Shown: positions 38,546-47,943, counted from the stretch's first letter. The stretch: DNA of 64,000 nucleotides from Euglena gracilis (GCA_039621445.1 CP154954.1:36689703-36753702); one strand, 5' to 3'. A program made the numbers and translations. Notes: generated by a model not told the origin, from the sequence alone.

Positions 38546-39931
38546 GGTGCATTGACCTACCAATGGGCCCTGCTGTTGATCCTGCCGGCCACCGACAGCC
38601 GCCTGGCCAACGCGCTGGCATGGCTGGCCAGGGTTGTATGGGAAGCTCCGCAGACATGACGCAGGTGGCAGGGGGTCCCCCCCTAGGGGGGTAAGGTGGC
38701 AGGGGGGTCCCCCCACCCCCGTCCCCCCGGTTTCGGAAGGGGGTCCCCCACCCACCCCCCTCCCCCTCCTCTGCAGGGGCAAATAAAAATCTTCCGGTGT
38801 GCATTTTTGGACCCTCTTGAAGCTCGATATGAAATTTTGGCAAAATGGCCAAAATTGGTCGAAAAATGGCTGTAACTTGGGCCAGGTGGGGAGTTGAGGG
38901 GAAATCAAAATGGCATTTCAAGGCTTCAATTTAGGTATCTGACATTTTGTCCGCCATTTTTGAGAAATTTCAGAAGAATTGATTTTTTTTGACCCAAACA
39001 GGGCCAAAATTTTCGGCGACTGAATACTGGAGGTAGGGGGGTCCCCCCTCCCCCCCCCCCCCAGTTTTGGAAGGGGAGCCCCCCCCCCCTCGAGATTCCC
39101 ACACAAGCCTGCGGCTGTTGGTGGTCGCCACGTACAGCTGGCTGTACGTGGACTGCCTGCGGCCGCGGCTGCGGTGGGTCGCCGGGTTGTACCCGTGCAC
39201 CTCAAGCGGGGGGCCCTTTGCGGTTGCATTTCAAGGGGCGGAGGGTTGCCTTCAAGTTCATTCGCAAACCCCCAACGGATTTGTCTCTCATCCAAATCCA
39301 ACCTCCCCTCCCCCCCCCCTGGCAGAGGGCCCTCCGCCGCCAGCCGTCGCCGCCATCGTCCATGCCATCGACCGCCGCCTGCGCGAACAAGTCGAGGGCA
39401 ACGGCTACGGCGGGCCACACCCCCGCTGACCCCCCCCCCCCCCCGTTGGCTTGGCTGGGGTCTCCCTGGTCCCTCCCCAGGGATGGATTGGAAGCATTTT
39501 GGTTTGAAGGTGGGTGAGGGGGCCCCTTCCTGGAGGTTGGGGGGGTCCGGACCCCCCCTTCTTTATGACAAAAAATATTTCTTTTGGCGCGCCGGAAAAT
39601 GAACAAAAATGCCCCTTTTCCTCACTTTTGAGCATATTGCGCATTTTTGGGGTGCTTTCCGCAGCTAAAGTGTTCACAATTTTCAAGGAATTCATTTTCA
39701 AAGAAAAATCAAGGGATTTTCAACAATTTTGGTCTCATCCAAATCCAACCTCCCTCCCCCCCCCCCTGGCAGAGGGCCCTCCCCTTTGACACGGGGCGTG
39801 GAGCCACAACGCCGCCTACGCCTCCACCCGCACGGACCACACGTGGGCCATCATGATCGGCCCCGTGGGCGACCTAGCCGTCCACGCCCTGCTGCTGGGC
39901 CAGGCGCTTTTTTTAGCCAACTCCTTTTTTT

Positions 39932-39977
<46 letters not shown>

Positions 39978-41121
39978 TTTGTTTTTTTTGTTTTTTTTTT
40001 TTTTTTTTTTTTGTTTTTTTTTCTCCTTTTTTTTTTTTTGTTTTTATTTTTTCGGCCCCTCCCGGTTGGCGACTTGGCCACATTCCTGGAAGAGCCTGGA
40101 AATCCGGATAGATGCGCCTCATCATTGAAGGACAAAAGTGCTGGACTTGGCAATTGGGGTCAGGGGTGTGAAATGCAGGTAAACGGAATTCACAGGCAAC
40201 ACATGTTTTTTTTTGAATCGCTTTGTTGCACTCCGCCTGTTTCCTGATTGGGTTTCTTTCAGGTCCAACGGATGCCTTTCGGCTCACAATTTGAAGAAAG
40301 TTCTCCAAAGTTCTCCAAACCTCCCGGGCCGTTTGTTTCCCACCCCCACCCCAAGTGGGTTCCCGGGGGGGCCGGCCTGCGGCCAAGTGCCCGCCCCCTT
40401 CATCAACCCCACCACCCCTCCAGCGGTGGAGGACGCGCAGCCGCGCCGCCGCCCGGGCCCGTGGCGAAGGCGAAGGCGGTGCGGCGGGAGATCCAGCGCC
40501 GGCTGTGGCCTGCCGGGGCCCTTCCTGAAGGATGCCCCTCCTCCTGCCTTTCTGCATTGCAAGTCCCACGCAGACAATCACTCACTGATCAGTGGGGTAT
40601 CCCATCCCGACCAGGTTTTTTTTCAAGCTTTGGACCTCCTGGGGGTGGGGGGGGCAGGGTGGGTGGGTCCAGCCAACCCCCCCCCATGGGGGGGGGTCAG
40701 GGGAGTGGGATGTCTTTTCGTCGCTGAAGGTGCCGAAAATTTTTGAAAAAGGTGCTTTTTTTAGCATTTTTCGCGATTTGGCATGTTCGCCCTAGTTTTT
40801 TTGGGTATGCCCCTCGGCTCAATTTGAAGAAAGTTCTCCAAAGTTCCACCCCAACCGTGCGTTGAGCGATGTTTCCCACACAAGGGGTTCAGGCCGTGCC
40901 ACGGCCCCTTTCATCCACCAAAATTGCCCCTACGGGGAGGGAAGCGCAGCGCGCCGCCGCCCGGGCATGGTGACTCCGAGGGAAGCGGGCCGTTGTTTCA
41001 CCACCCAGTCGGTGAGGTCTGTTGAAGTCCCCTCCCCCCCCCCCCCCAAGACTCAGTTCCTTTCTCTGTTGCAAGTCCCCCAGATCCACTCCATGGGTGG
41101 GTCCCATCCCGACCAGGTTTT

Positions 41122-41152
<31 letters not shown>

Positions 41153-43788
41153 TGAAGGTGGGTCAAGCCTGTGGGGGGGGGTCCCCAGGGGGATGAGTTT
41201 CCGCTGAAGGTGCCGAAATTTTTTTCTTTCTTTTTTCGGCCATTTTCGGTGTTGGGACCCCCCCTGGGGTGGGTGGGGTGGCTGGGATGTGGATTTGCAT
41301 CCCCCCTCTCTCTTTGAAGAAGCGACAGGGTGCCAAGCCCCCCTCTTCTGGTGCAAATCCCAGGCACCCCTCCCCCGCCATCTTTGGCAACGGCCTGTCG
41401 CTGCCCGGCCTGCGGAGCCGCCTGCGCCGCCGCGCCGGCTGTCGCGCCAGCTGCGCTGCCAGCCGAGCTGCCGGCCGCGCCGGCCGCTGAAGCAGCAGCG
41501 GTGGCGCAACCCCAGCCAGGCACATAAAACATGGCACACCAAAATACAATCTTTCTTTCTTTCCAGGGGTTTTTTTCATCGTGGACTCCAGGGGGGGGGG
41601 AGGGTGGGTGGGTGGGGCCCCGGGACCCGGGGGGGGGGTCCCCCCGGAGGGGGCTGGGATGCTTTTCAGCTTTTGGCGCAGAACGCTTTTAGAAATTTTT
41701 GAAAAGTGCTATTTTTTAGCACTTTTCGCGATTTTCGGCCATTTTTTTTTGTGGGTCCCCCGACCCCCCCCCCCCCAAGGGGGCCCCTCCAGGGGTTGGG
41801 TGGGGGGGGACCTCCCCCCGGTCTTAAGAGAAACCCATGCTCCTTTCTAAATGAGTGGGAAACAGGGAATTTCTTAAGGGCCCCCCCCCGGGGGGGTCCA
41901 GCCCAGACAATTGCTTAAGCACTGTCCCCCCCCCCCCCCCCCCCGGGGGGTGGGTGACTGGTTTTTTCAGAGTGACTGACTGGTTTTGGGCCCGGACCCC
42001 CTCCCCCCCGGGGGGGGGTCGGCCAGGAGTGGGCAAAAGTGGCTTGAGTGACCCCAGCGCCGAAGGCGCCGGAAAATTTTTTTTGACCTAAAATGGCCTA
42101 AAGTGACTTGAAAGTGGCCGTTTTTCTGAGTGGCCGACCCCCCCCGGGGGGGGGGTAGTGACTGGCTGGTTTTTTTTTTTGAAAATGAGTGACTGACTGG
42201 TTTTTAAAAAAGTGGAGTGACCCCCCCCCCCCCCCCCGGGGTCGGTAAGCAATTGTATGGTCCAGCCTCCGGCTGGCAAAAAAGGCTGTTGGCTGGATTT
42301 GAGCTGCTGGCTGGACCCCCCCCCCCCGGCGGGGGGGGGTGGGGGGTCCGGGACTGGAGGGGACTGGGCTGGGCTGGGTCGAGGAAAAACAAAATTTTCT
42401 AACACATTTTTGTCATTTTAGACGTTTTGATGGGTGGAGCTAGATCAAGGCTGGGGGGCTGTGATGGAGGGCTGTGATGAGGAGAAAAAAAGCAAGGATA
42501 AGTGAGCTGGGCAGGCCCAGTTGGCTGGCCCGCCTGCGGTTGGCTGGCCCGGCCTCCAGTTGGGCTGGACCCAGTTTTATTTTACTCGACCCCCAGGAGG
42601 GGGGCTCCCAGCCCGAATTTGGGCTGCTGGCTGGATTTGAGCTGCTGGCTGGCTGGCCCCCCCCCCCCGGGGGGTAGGGTACCCTCCGGCTCACAAAATT
42701 CCCTGATGGGGAAGGAGCAAAAAAAAGACATTCAATGCATAACTCATCCCATCTGGGGCTGGGGTTGAAAATCCATTTTTTCACTGAGGGCTTTCCAAAA
42801 GAGTTGCCAGAGCCCCCTGCTTCCCTGTCCAGGAAGTTTCTTCGCGTGAGTGATGAAGAATACTCGAAAACCAATGAAATTTTTACACGCAAAGTGAAAA
42901 TTCAGCTCAAAAAACAAGAGAATGTTTTTTTGGAGATAATTAAGCATGGGGGGGTGTCTCTTTGGCTCGGGGCGGCTCACGGTTTGTGTTTTTTGATTTT
43001 GTGATTTGTATGGTTTTTTGTCTGTTTTGTGGTCTTTTTGGCTCGGGGGCCGGCCTCACGGTTTTGATTTTTTTTTTTTTTTTCCCTCCTCACGCCAGGT
43101 GGGAAAACGTTTTTTGAGCCCGCCCAGCTTTGGCTTTGGTGGGGGATTGGCAATTTTCAGGTTGGGGCGCAGCTTAAGAAAATTTGATCCCATGGGGGGT
43201 TCCAGCCCAGGGTTCGATATAAGGAGGGCGCCCAGGGTTCAGGTGGGGGGTGTCCCCCTCCACCCCCCTCCTGGACCAGCCTGCCAAGGGGGTCCGGACC
43301 AACCCTGGGGGGTTCCGGGACCCCCCACCCCCACCTGCCTTGAGATCGAACCCGGCTCCAGCCAGCCAGCAGCCTTTTTTCCAGCATGGGGCCCCCTCCC
43401 GCCCTCAACGAGTTTTATTTATTTCCAGCCTCCCTTTGGGGGGGGGTGAAAAATGGGCCAAAAATGGACAAAAATGACGAAATTGGAAAAGGGCTGGTCA
43501 GGGCAAATTTGGGCCCTTTTCTTTGCATGATTGGCAGTTTTTTTTTGGATTTTTTTTTGCCATTTCGATTTTTTTTGGTGCCTGTTTCGACAGGATCGGG
43601 AGGGGGCAGGGGTCAGCCAGCAGCTTTATTCCAGCCAAGCCAATTTTCCGGCTTCTGAGCTGGACCCCCCATCCTTAAGCTTCGCCCTGACCCAGGGAAA
43701 TGCAACGGTGCATGGCGCTGTGCCCTGCGCACGGCCCAACGCCCTGAAGAGGGCGTGGCGGAAGCTGAAGCGCAAGCTGCACCGGTGA
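18519..43788 (+). CDS. Multi-exon gene, 5' incomplete: Pro/Ala/Leu-repeat N-terminus, membrane helices and CxxC motifs; tentatively TMEM129-like E3 ubiquitin ligase
   Basis: Exons 18519-18578, ~18807-18874, 19389-19451, 19703-19786, 20045-20107, 20356-20439, 20687-20770, 21019-21081, 21343-21672, 21957-22046, 22347-22392, 22676-22951, 32542-32626, 34252-34334, 34405-34442, 34677-34735, 34977-35056, 37095-37157, 37696-37754, 38578-38625, 39117-39203, 39342-39412, 39806-39897, [gap], 41403-41513, 43733-43788 (TGA). Exons are GC3-rich and join in frame under GT-AG or N3/N5 hairpin-intron rules. TRTDHTWAIMIG and CPACGAAC resemble TMEM129 VTDTWVMKV and CPTCRARFC as I recall them; product assignment ~0.45. 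Confidence 0.8.
18878..19383. mobile_element. Family-A hAT-like MITE forming non-canonical intron 18875-19388
   Basis: TIR cagggttgcatggga / tcccatgcggccctg; TSD ccggcgca / ccgccgca (7/8). Confidence 0.85.
19389..21081 (+). CDS. Six repeated micro-exons (63 or 84 nt) encoding A(H/Y)HLVIAGPAALPLR(LVALPLR)LALPTP
   Basis: Spacers between MITE copies are 63,84,63,84,84,63 nt under the N3/N5 rule: all multiples of 3, same phase, no stops. Confidence 0.7.
19389..21342. repeat. Tandem array of ~310-340 bp units (micro-exon + deleted family-A MITE intron), 6 units
   Basis: MITE starts 19455,19790,20111,20443,20774,21085; ends 19697,20039,20350,20681,21013,21337. Confidence 0.9.
21343..21672 (+). 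CDS. Exon with (LALPAPA)n repeat encoded by a 21-bp minisatellite
   Basis: 330 nt, in frame with both neighbouring exons; ggccctcccggcccccgccct repeated ~11 times. Confidence 0.7.
21676..21951. mobile_element. Family-B MITE forming intron 21673-21956
   Basis: TIR cacactattgctca / tgagcaatggtgtg; TSD ccgctggc / ctgctggc (7/8); internal gtgactgactgg repeats. Confidence 0.85.
21957..22046 (+). CDS. Exon (ALPAPILPAPRPILLALPAPTLPACRPIL)
   Basis: 90 nt between two CAC...GTG MITE introns; frame continuous. Confidence 0.75.
22050..22341. mobile_element. Family-B MITE forming intron 22047-22346
   Basis: TIR cacaccattgctca / tgagcaatggtgtg; TSD ttgctggc / ctgctggc (7/8). Confidence 0.85.
22347..22392 (+). 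CDS. Exon (ALPAPIPPALPALRP)
   Basis: 46 nt; follows GTG-N5, ends before gtt-CAG. Confidence 0.65.
22676..22951 (+). CDS. Exon, Pro/Thr-rich then hydrophobic helix (...TWAVAIVAVMLLFLAFQ)
   Basis: 92 open codons ending at canonical CAG|gtatgt; 5' boundary less certain because the intron ends CTC rather than CTG. Confidence 0.7.
23045..32100. repeat. ~207-bp satellite, roughly 38 copies, inside GT-AG intron 22952-32541
   Basis: Unit gtgattttttggggccagattgcctcaatgccagg...gcgaaattttgg...aattcgggg; interrupted at ~27070-27410 and ~29750-30515. Confidence 0.95.
29750..30515. repeat. Degenerate interstitial TTAGGG/CCCTAA tracts in fold-back arrangement with repeated spacer
   Basis: ggttaggg tract at 29895-29953 directly followed by aaccctaa tract; similar at 30148-30180 and 30350-30440; gtgccgacac...cagccgtatct spacer occurs in both orientations. 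Confidence 0.7.
32134..32397. mobile_element. Family-C MITE
   Basis: caggcttctttttaa...taaaaagaagcctg; TSD degenerate. Confidence 0.75.
32542..32626 (+). CDS. Exon (VPPPAAYVAPAELLQEADEKAAEHERDR)
   Basis: ccacag acceptor, phase 0 matching the 22951 donor; strong GC3. Confidence 0.85.
33574..33849. mobile_element. 8-bp-TSD element with GG termini, containing a ttaa-flanked telomere-like hairpin (33643-33773)
   Basis: TIR ggcagccatattctaaatgccccccccctgg; TSD atttggat. Confidence 0.8.
34252..34334 (+). CDS. Exon (QHQLHPPQNLLARARRAANPLRGIRQLL)
   Basis: Follows ggcctg-N5 that pairs with caggcc at 32630; in frame. Confidence 0.8.
34405..34442 (+). CDS. Exon (EYWWLIETPAERT)
   Basis: Between two hairpin introns; in frame. 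Confidence 0.8.
34677..34735 (+). CDS. Exon (AKEIQVRHAVADPDLCARC)
   Basis: Preceding intron ends cagggcagaacgggaggcc / ggccttcccgttctgccctg pair almost perfectly; in frame. Confidence 0.85.
34977..35056 (+). CDS. Exon (HHRRLGMVQAEVAGRSVPLCPACRFAT)
   Basis: Follows GTG-N5; ends at gtgtgt donor; completes a CxxC...CxxC pair with the previous exon. Confidence 0.85.
35213..35634. mobile_element. Family-D MITE (cagggttcgatataaggag TIR)
   Basis: TIR ctccttatatcgaaccctg at right end; related copies at ~35655-35769, 43208-43355 and 60069-60557. Confidence 0.8.
36635..37026. mobile_element. Family-C hAT-like MITE with nested MITE at 36690-36835
   Basis: TIR caggcttcttttt / aaaagaagcctg; perfect TSD gatggggg; inner TIR cagacatttattcagtgtgg / ccacactaaatgaatgtctg. 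Confidence 0.85.
37095..37157 (+). CDS. Exon (FESALLAREAARERPPRAPLT)
   Basis: ctcacag acceptor, gtatgt donor, 63 nt, phase 0-0. Confidence 0.85.
37696..37754 (+). CDS. Exon (VRSWWLVPLLLAPIVAAGW), hydrophobic
   Basis: ctcacag acceptor; ends before N3-cagggcc. Confidence 0.85.
38021..38545. repeat. Compound (ATC)n/(ATT)n/(TTC)n microsatellite inside non-canonical intron 37755-38577
   Basis: Directly visible. Confidence 0.95.
38578..38625 (+). CDS. Exon (TILPATDSRLANALAW)
   Basis: Follows ggccctg-N5; in frame. Confidence 0.85.
38629..39111. mobile_element. Family-A MITE forming intron 38626-39116
   Basis: Homologous along its length to 18878-19383; different TSD tggctggc / cggctgtt (5/8), so an independent insertion. 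Confidence 0.85.
39117..39203 (+). CDS. Exon (LLVVATYSWLYVDCLRPRLRWVAGLYPCT)
   Basis: Follows family-A MITE intron; in frame. Confidence 0.85.
39342..39412 (+). CDS. Exon (SAVAAIVHAIDRRLREQVEGNGYG)
   Basis: Follows CGG...CCG hairpin intron; in frame. Confidence 0.85.
39806..39897 (+). CDS. Exon (DNAAYASTRTDHTWAIMIGPVGDLAVHALLL)
   Basis: Follows CAC...GTG intron; in frame; 3' end uncertain by a few nt. Confidence 0.8.
41403..41513 (+). CDS. Penultimate exon (CPACGAACAAAPAVAPAALPAELPAAPAAEAAAVAQP)
   Basis: Follows ggcctg-N5; joins in frame to the last exon. Confidence 0.75.
41904..42259. mobile_element. Family-B MITE nested inside an intron
   Basis: TIR cagacaattgctta / taagcaattgtatg; perfect TSD gtccagcc. 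Confidence 0.85.
43208..43355. mobile_element. Short family-D MITE
   Basis: TSD ttccagcc / ctccagcc (7/8). Confidence 0.7.
43733..43788 (+). CDS. Last exon (RPNALKRAWRKLKRKLHR*)
   Basis: caggcacat (41517) pairs with tgtgccctg (43727); in frame to TGA. The overlapping cg|gtgagc could instead be a donor. Confidence 0.75.
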
Positions 43789-46700
43789 GCGGTGCAGCAC
43801 CACGCACGAGGTCGATGGCCAGGGCGGAATGGGAATCCCGGAACCCCAATGAGGGTGGGGGTTGGGGGGGAGGCTGATCCCCCAGGCTTTCCCAGGTTTC
43901 CACAGGCGCCAGTTCTCGCGGTCGTTTCATTCGCTTGCAGGCAGTTTTCTCCCCCACAAATCCACAAAATTTTCTGAAAAGAAAGCATTTTTTGTTGCAA
44001 AACGCCGGGAAGAAAAAGTTTGGTTCCAGGGGTGCCCCACCCCCTCGGCCTGATAGGGGAGGAGGGGATTGGTTCATTTCAGGAGCCCCTCAAAAAATGT
44101 TCCGGGCGGTTGACTCACACTGGGGGGTTGACACTGAGGGGGAGGTGGTCTGGGATTGCCCCCCCCCCCCCTACTGAATACCCTGCCTCCCTCCTCCTGG
44201 GTGGGTGGGCTGTCTTCCCCACCAGGGGCCGACCGGGGGGGGGGTCGGGGTTTTCTTGAGTTGGAGGTGACCCTGTTCCCCCTGGGGGGTCCAGCCTCCC
44301 AGCATTTCCCTGCCGGGCTGCGGACCCCCCACAGAGGGTTCCGCTGGATAAAAGTGTTGGCCAGTCCAAAGAAGCTGGCTGGACGAAACCTTTTTTCCCG
44401 ATGCATTGCGCTAGGAAGCGTTTGCTCAAAGATGACCAAAAATGGCATTTTTGGGGAGATTGTGGGGGTTTCTTGCCTCCAAATTTTGGCTTCCGAATGC
44501 CAACCTGGCTGGATTCAGTTTTTTTTTTGCCTGTTTCCCAGCTGTCTGCGGCTGGGCTCCCCTGGACACTGGGGGTCCAGTCCTTGAGAAACAAACGGGT
44601 GCCCACATGGCTTTCCTTGTGCAGCCCTGTGGTTGATCCAGCATTGTTGCCCACGCGCAGGTCCACCCACCCAAGGATTGTAATACCTTGCATTATAAAT
44701 TTATGTCCACCTTGCAGACATGCACTCAAACACACTAACGTTTGCACACGAAAGATGTAAATGTGCGCAGTGTACGCGTGCTGATGGAGATCGAGATAGA
44801 GATAGATAGATATACAAATACATATAAAATATACATTATGTTTCCACCATATATGCACCACTATGTGCATGCACATGTTTGCACATTGATCAAATTATCA
44901 TTTTTGTTTCCTGAGAATGACTCTGCTTGCAATCCTTGGCACAATCCGATTGGACTGTCTATCGATCAGACTGTGGGGTTGGCACCCAGTGTGCCCATGG
45001 GCGTGGTGGAGGAGCAGAATGGGGGGAACAACACCCCCCCCCACATATGGCACAAAGTGGGGCCCCATACTTGGGATATGGGGGGTGCAGGGGGGGCGTG
45101 GGGGGGGGGGAGGGTTTGGGGATGTTTTTCATGAAGTTTATGGCCCCCGGACACTCGAACAGTTTCATACGACGCGTGATTTGCCCACAGAAAAAGTCGG
45201 TAGAGGCTTATTTTGTTGCTGGGGGGGGGTCCGGGGCCCTGGGCACTCGAACAGTTTCATATGTCATTTTTGGCTCGAAAACAGGTTTTCCGGGTCTGGG
45301 AGGCTGAAAAGCATGGTTTCAAACAAAAATTTTTCGGAATTTTTCCGACTTTTTTGCCCATTTTTTGACTCAAACACCGAAAGGCACTCAATTTCGGTGC
45401 GAAAACAGGTTTTACGGGTCCGGGAGGCCAAAAAGCATGGTTTCAGGCAAAAAAAATTGGGGTATGGGGGGGGTACGGGGGATGGGGGGGGTACAGGGGA
45501 GGGGGGGGGGCGGGGGGTGGGGGGGGGGGCGGGGGGGTATTGGGGCATGGGGCATGGGGAATGGGGGGTGCATGGGGGCTCCACTTTGTGCCATGATTCC
45601 CCCTCCTGGCTGGGTAATCCCTGGAGGGTTGAGTTTTGACTGGATTCCCTTGTTGATTTTTCCCCTTCTTTGTTTTCTTCTTTGAATGAGTGAAGAAACA
45701 GAGTTTGGAATCAGGCTTGTGCTCAGTCGGGTGCCTGCCCCACGGGGGGGGGGGGGCTGCTTGGGGCAGGCCCCTATACCACCCGATCCGACCCCCCCCC
45801 GGGGGGGAGGTGAGGTTTTGGGGGGGGCACCTGACCATAGCAGGCATTCCCCTCCGACCCTGGCGCCGAAGGCGCCGGGGCCCGGAAGAGGCTATTTTCA
45901 ATGAAAATTTTCTGGGTCCCCCCGGACCCCCCCGGGGGGTGTGCCGGTGTGCCTGCTGGGGCAGGCACCTTCTAGCACCCACCGTAAGCACAAGCCACAC
46001 AAAAATGTTATTATAGCTTTCAAGGCCCATGAAAACCCGCACACATTGCAGGAAGAAAAGCAATTGCCAGTCCCCAATGAAGTTGTGTTTGAAATTTCCA
46101 TGGCAGGGGAGATTCGGCATTTGGGAAGGCTGGGGTTTGGCCAATTACCACGCCCCCCCCATATGAGGCCCCGGAAGCCAACACCCCGAAGGGGTCTTAT
46201 ATGGGGGGGCCTTGGTATTTATTTGTTTCATCTTTGGCCATTGAAGCAAACTCGTCTCTCACGGTGATTACCCAGCCAGCCCCCCCCTCCGTACCCAGAC
46301 CAGAACCGGAATGGCCTGGTCTTTTTCTTTGGGTGGGAGGGTCCCCTCATCCCCACGTTGTGCCCCCCCCATGTCCAACGACATTATGCCCCCCCCCCCC
46401 AATCAGGTCAGGGGACACCTTTTCGGCTCTTTGGCCAGATTTTTGGCCCGACGCAAAGTTCTGGGCCGAATAAGTCCAAAATCCACCAAGATTTGGCCGA
46501 CGTGCTATTTTGGGGGGGGGGGTATTTTTGCACAATAATTTCCCTGCCCCACCAATTTGCCCCCATCCCATCTCATTTGCCCAAAGTTTTGGTGCGAAGC
46601 GCCGAAAGGAAAGATTTGTCAATTGGGGTTGGGTGGCAGGTGGTACTTGAACAGTTCGCTTTGCAAATTTGCCCCGGCCCCTTTGGTGCCATAGTCTGAA

Positions 46701-47191
46701 TTTTATGAATTGCCGCAGACCATGCGCATGGGTGTGGGTGGGAGGGTTGCAATCCCCGGGTTTCCTGTTCTGGCCTGGCTATGCCACGGGCTGACTGTGA
46801 TGCAATGCACCTCCGATCCGAGAAGCCTTCTTTTTTGGTTGGATTGGGGGGCAAGGGTGGGCACCCCCCCGGAGTGTCCCTCATTTTCGGCTCCGTAAAT
46901 ATTGCACCAAGCCAGCTCCCCCAACCCCCCTCCCCCCGGCAGCAGGTGCCAACCCACCTCCCCTAAATCCTAACTCAAAACCCAAGCAGGAATACTCCAG
47001 AATCTCTCCAGCAAAGGAGCGAACCGTTCACCCAACTTCAAACGCGATGAATTTTTTCGGCAATGCCGCAGGGACACCTGAAACACCGTGCTTCCCGTGG
47101 GGGGGGAGGCCCAAAAATGCGCAATGGACCTGTACTCCGATTGTTGTCCTCCCTGAATGATGGTGCATCACATCACAGCCAACCAGCCCCC

Positions 47192-47943
47192 CAGGGTTTT
47201 ATGGGAAGCTCCGCAGACATGAGGTAAACCCTCCCCCGAAATAATCCCCCCCTCCAAATAATACCCCCCCCCCCCGGGGTTCGACTTCGGCCACCCAATT
47301 AATACCCCCCCCCCCCCCAAATCTCGGGCCGACGACCCGGAGTTTGAGTGAAAATTTAGGTAAAAATCACAATCTCTGACAACAGATTGCGAAAAAAAAT
47401 TGATTTTTTTGCTGGATCATCTGGCCTCCAAAAATGCTAAATTTTATGAGAAAGGACAAAAACGACCCCAAAGGGGGTTTTGGTGCTATTTTGGGTCTTA
47501 TGGGACTTCGAAAAATTTCGAAAAAATAATTTTTTGACCGAAGAAACGGCCGAAATTTGCAGCGACCGAAAACTGGAGGTAGGAGGGGGCCCTTGTGTTT
47601 AGTCGGGTTACCCCACAGGGGCGCTGCCGGGGGCAGGCACCCTATAGCACCCGATCCGACCCCCCCCCCCCCGGGAGGTGGGGTTTTTGGGGGGTGTTCC
47701 CCTCCGACCCTGGTGCCGAAGACGCCGGGGGCCCGGAAGAGGCCATTTTCAATGAAAATTTTCTGGTCACCCCAATTTGACCCCCCCCAGGGGGGGGGGG
47801 ACACAGAAGCCAGACAAGAAGCCTTAGTGCAACTAAGGGGGGGTGCCTGCGGGGGGCAGGCACCCTATAAGCACAAGTGCTCCCCCCACCCCCCCAGTTT
47901 TGGAAGGGGGTCCCCCCCCCTCGGAGATTCCCATACAAGCCTC
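47192..47943. mobile_element. Family-A MITE with nested insertions
   Basis: cagggttttatgggaagctccgcagacatg ... gagattcccatacaagcctc. Confidence 0.65.

Noticed and set aside
37568-38921. 363-aa and 324-aa ORFs with poly-S/L and poly-M/I
   Set aside because: Translations of a trinucleotide microsatellite inside an intron.
40112-40160. Candidate exon MRLIIEGQKCWTWQL after ...HALLL(GQ)
   Set aside because: It would fit a TMEM129-like alignment, but no consistent splice boundaries could be fixed in this noisy region.
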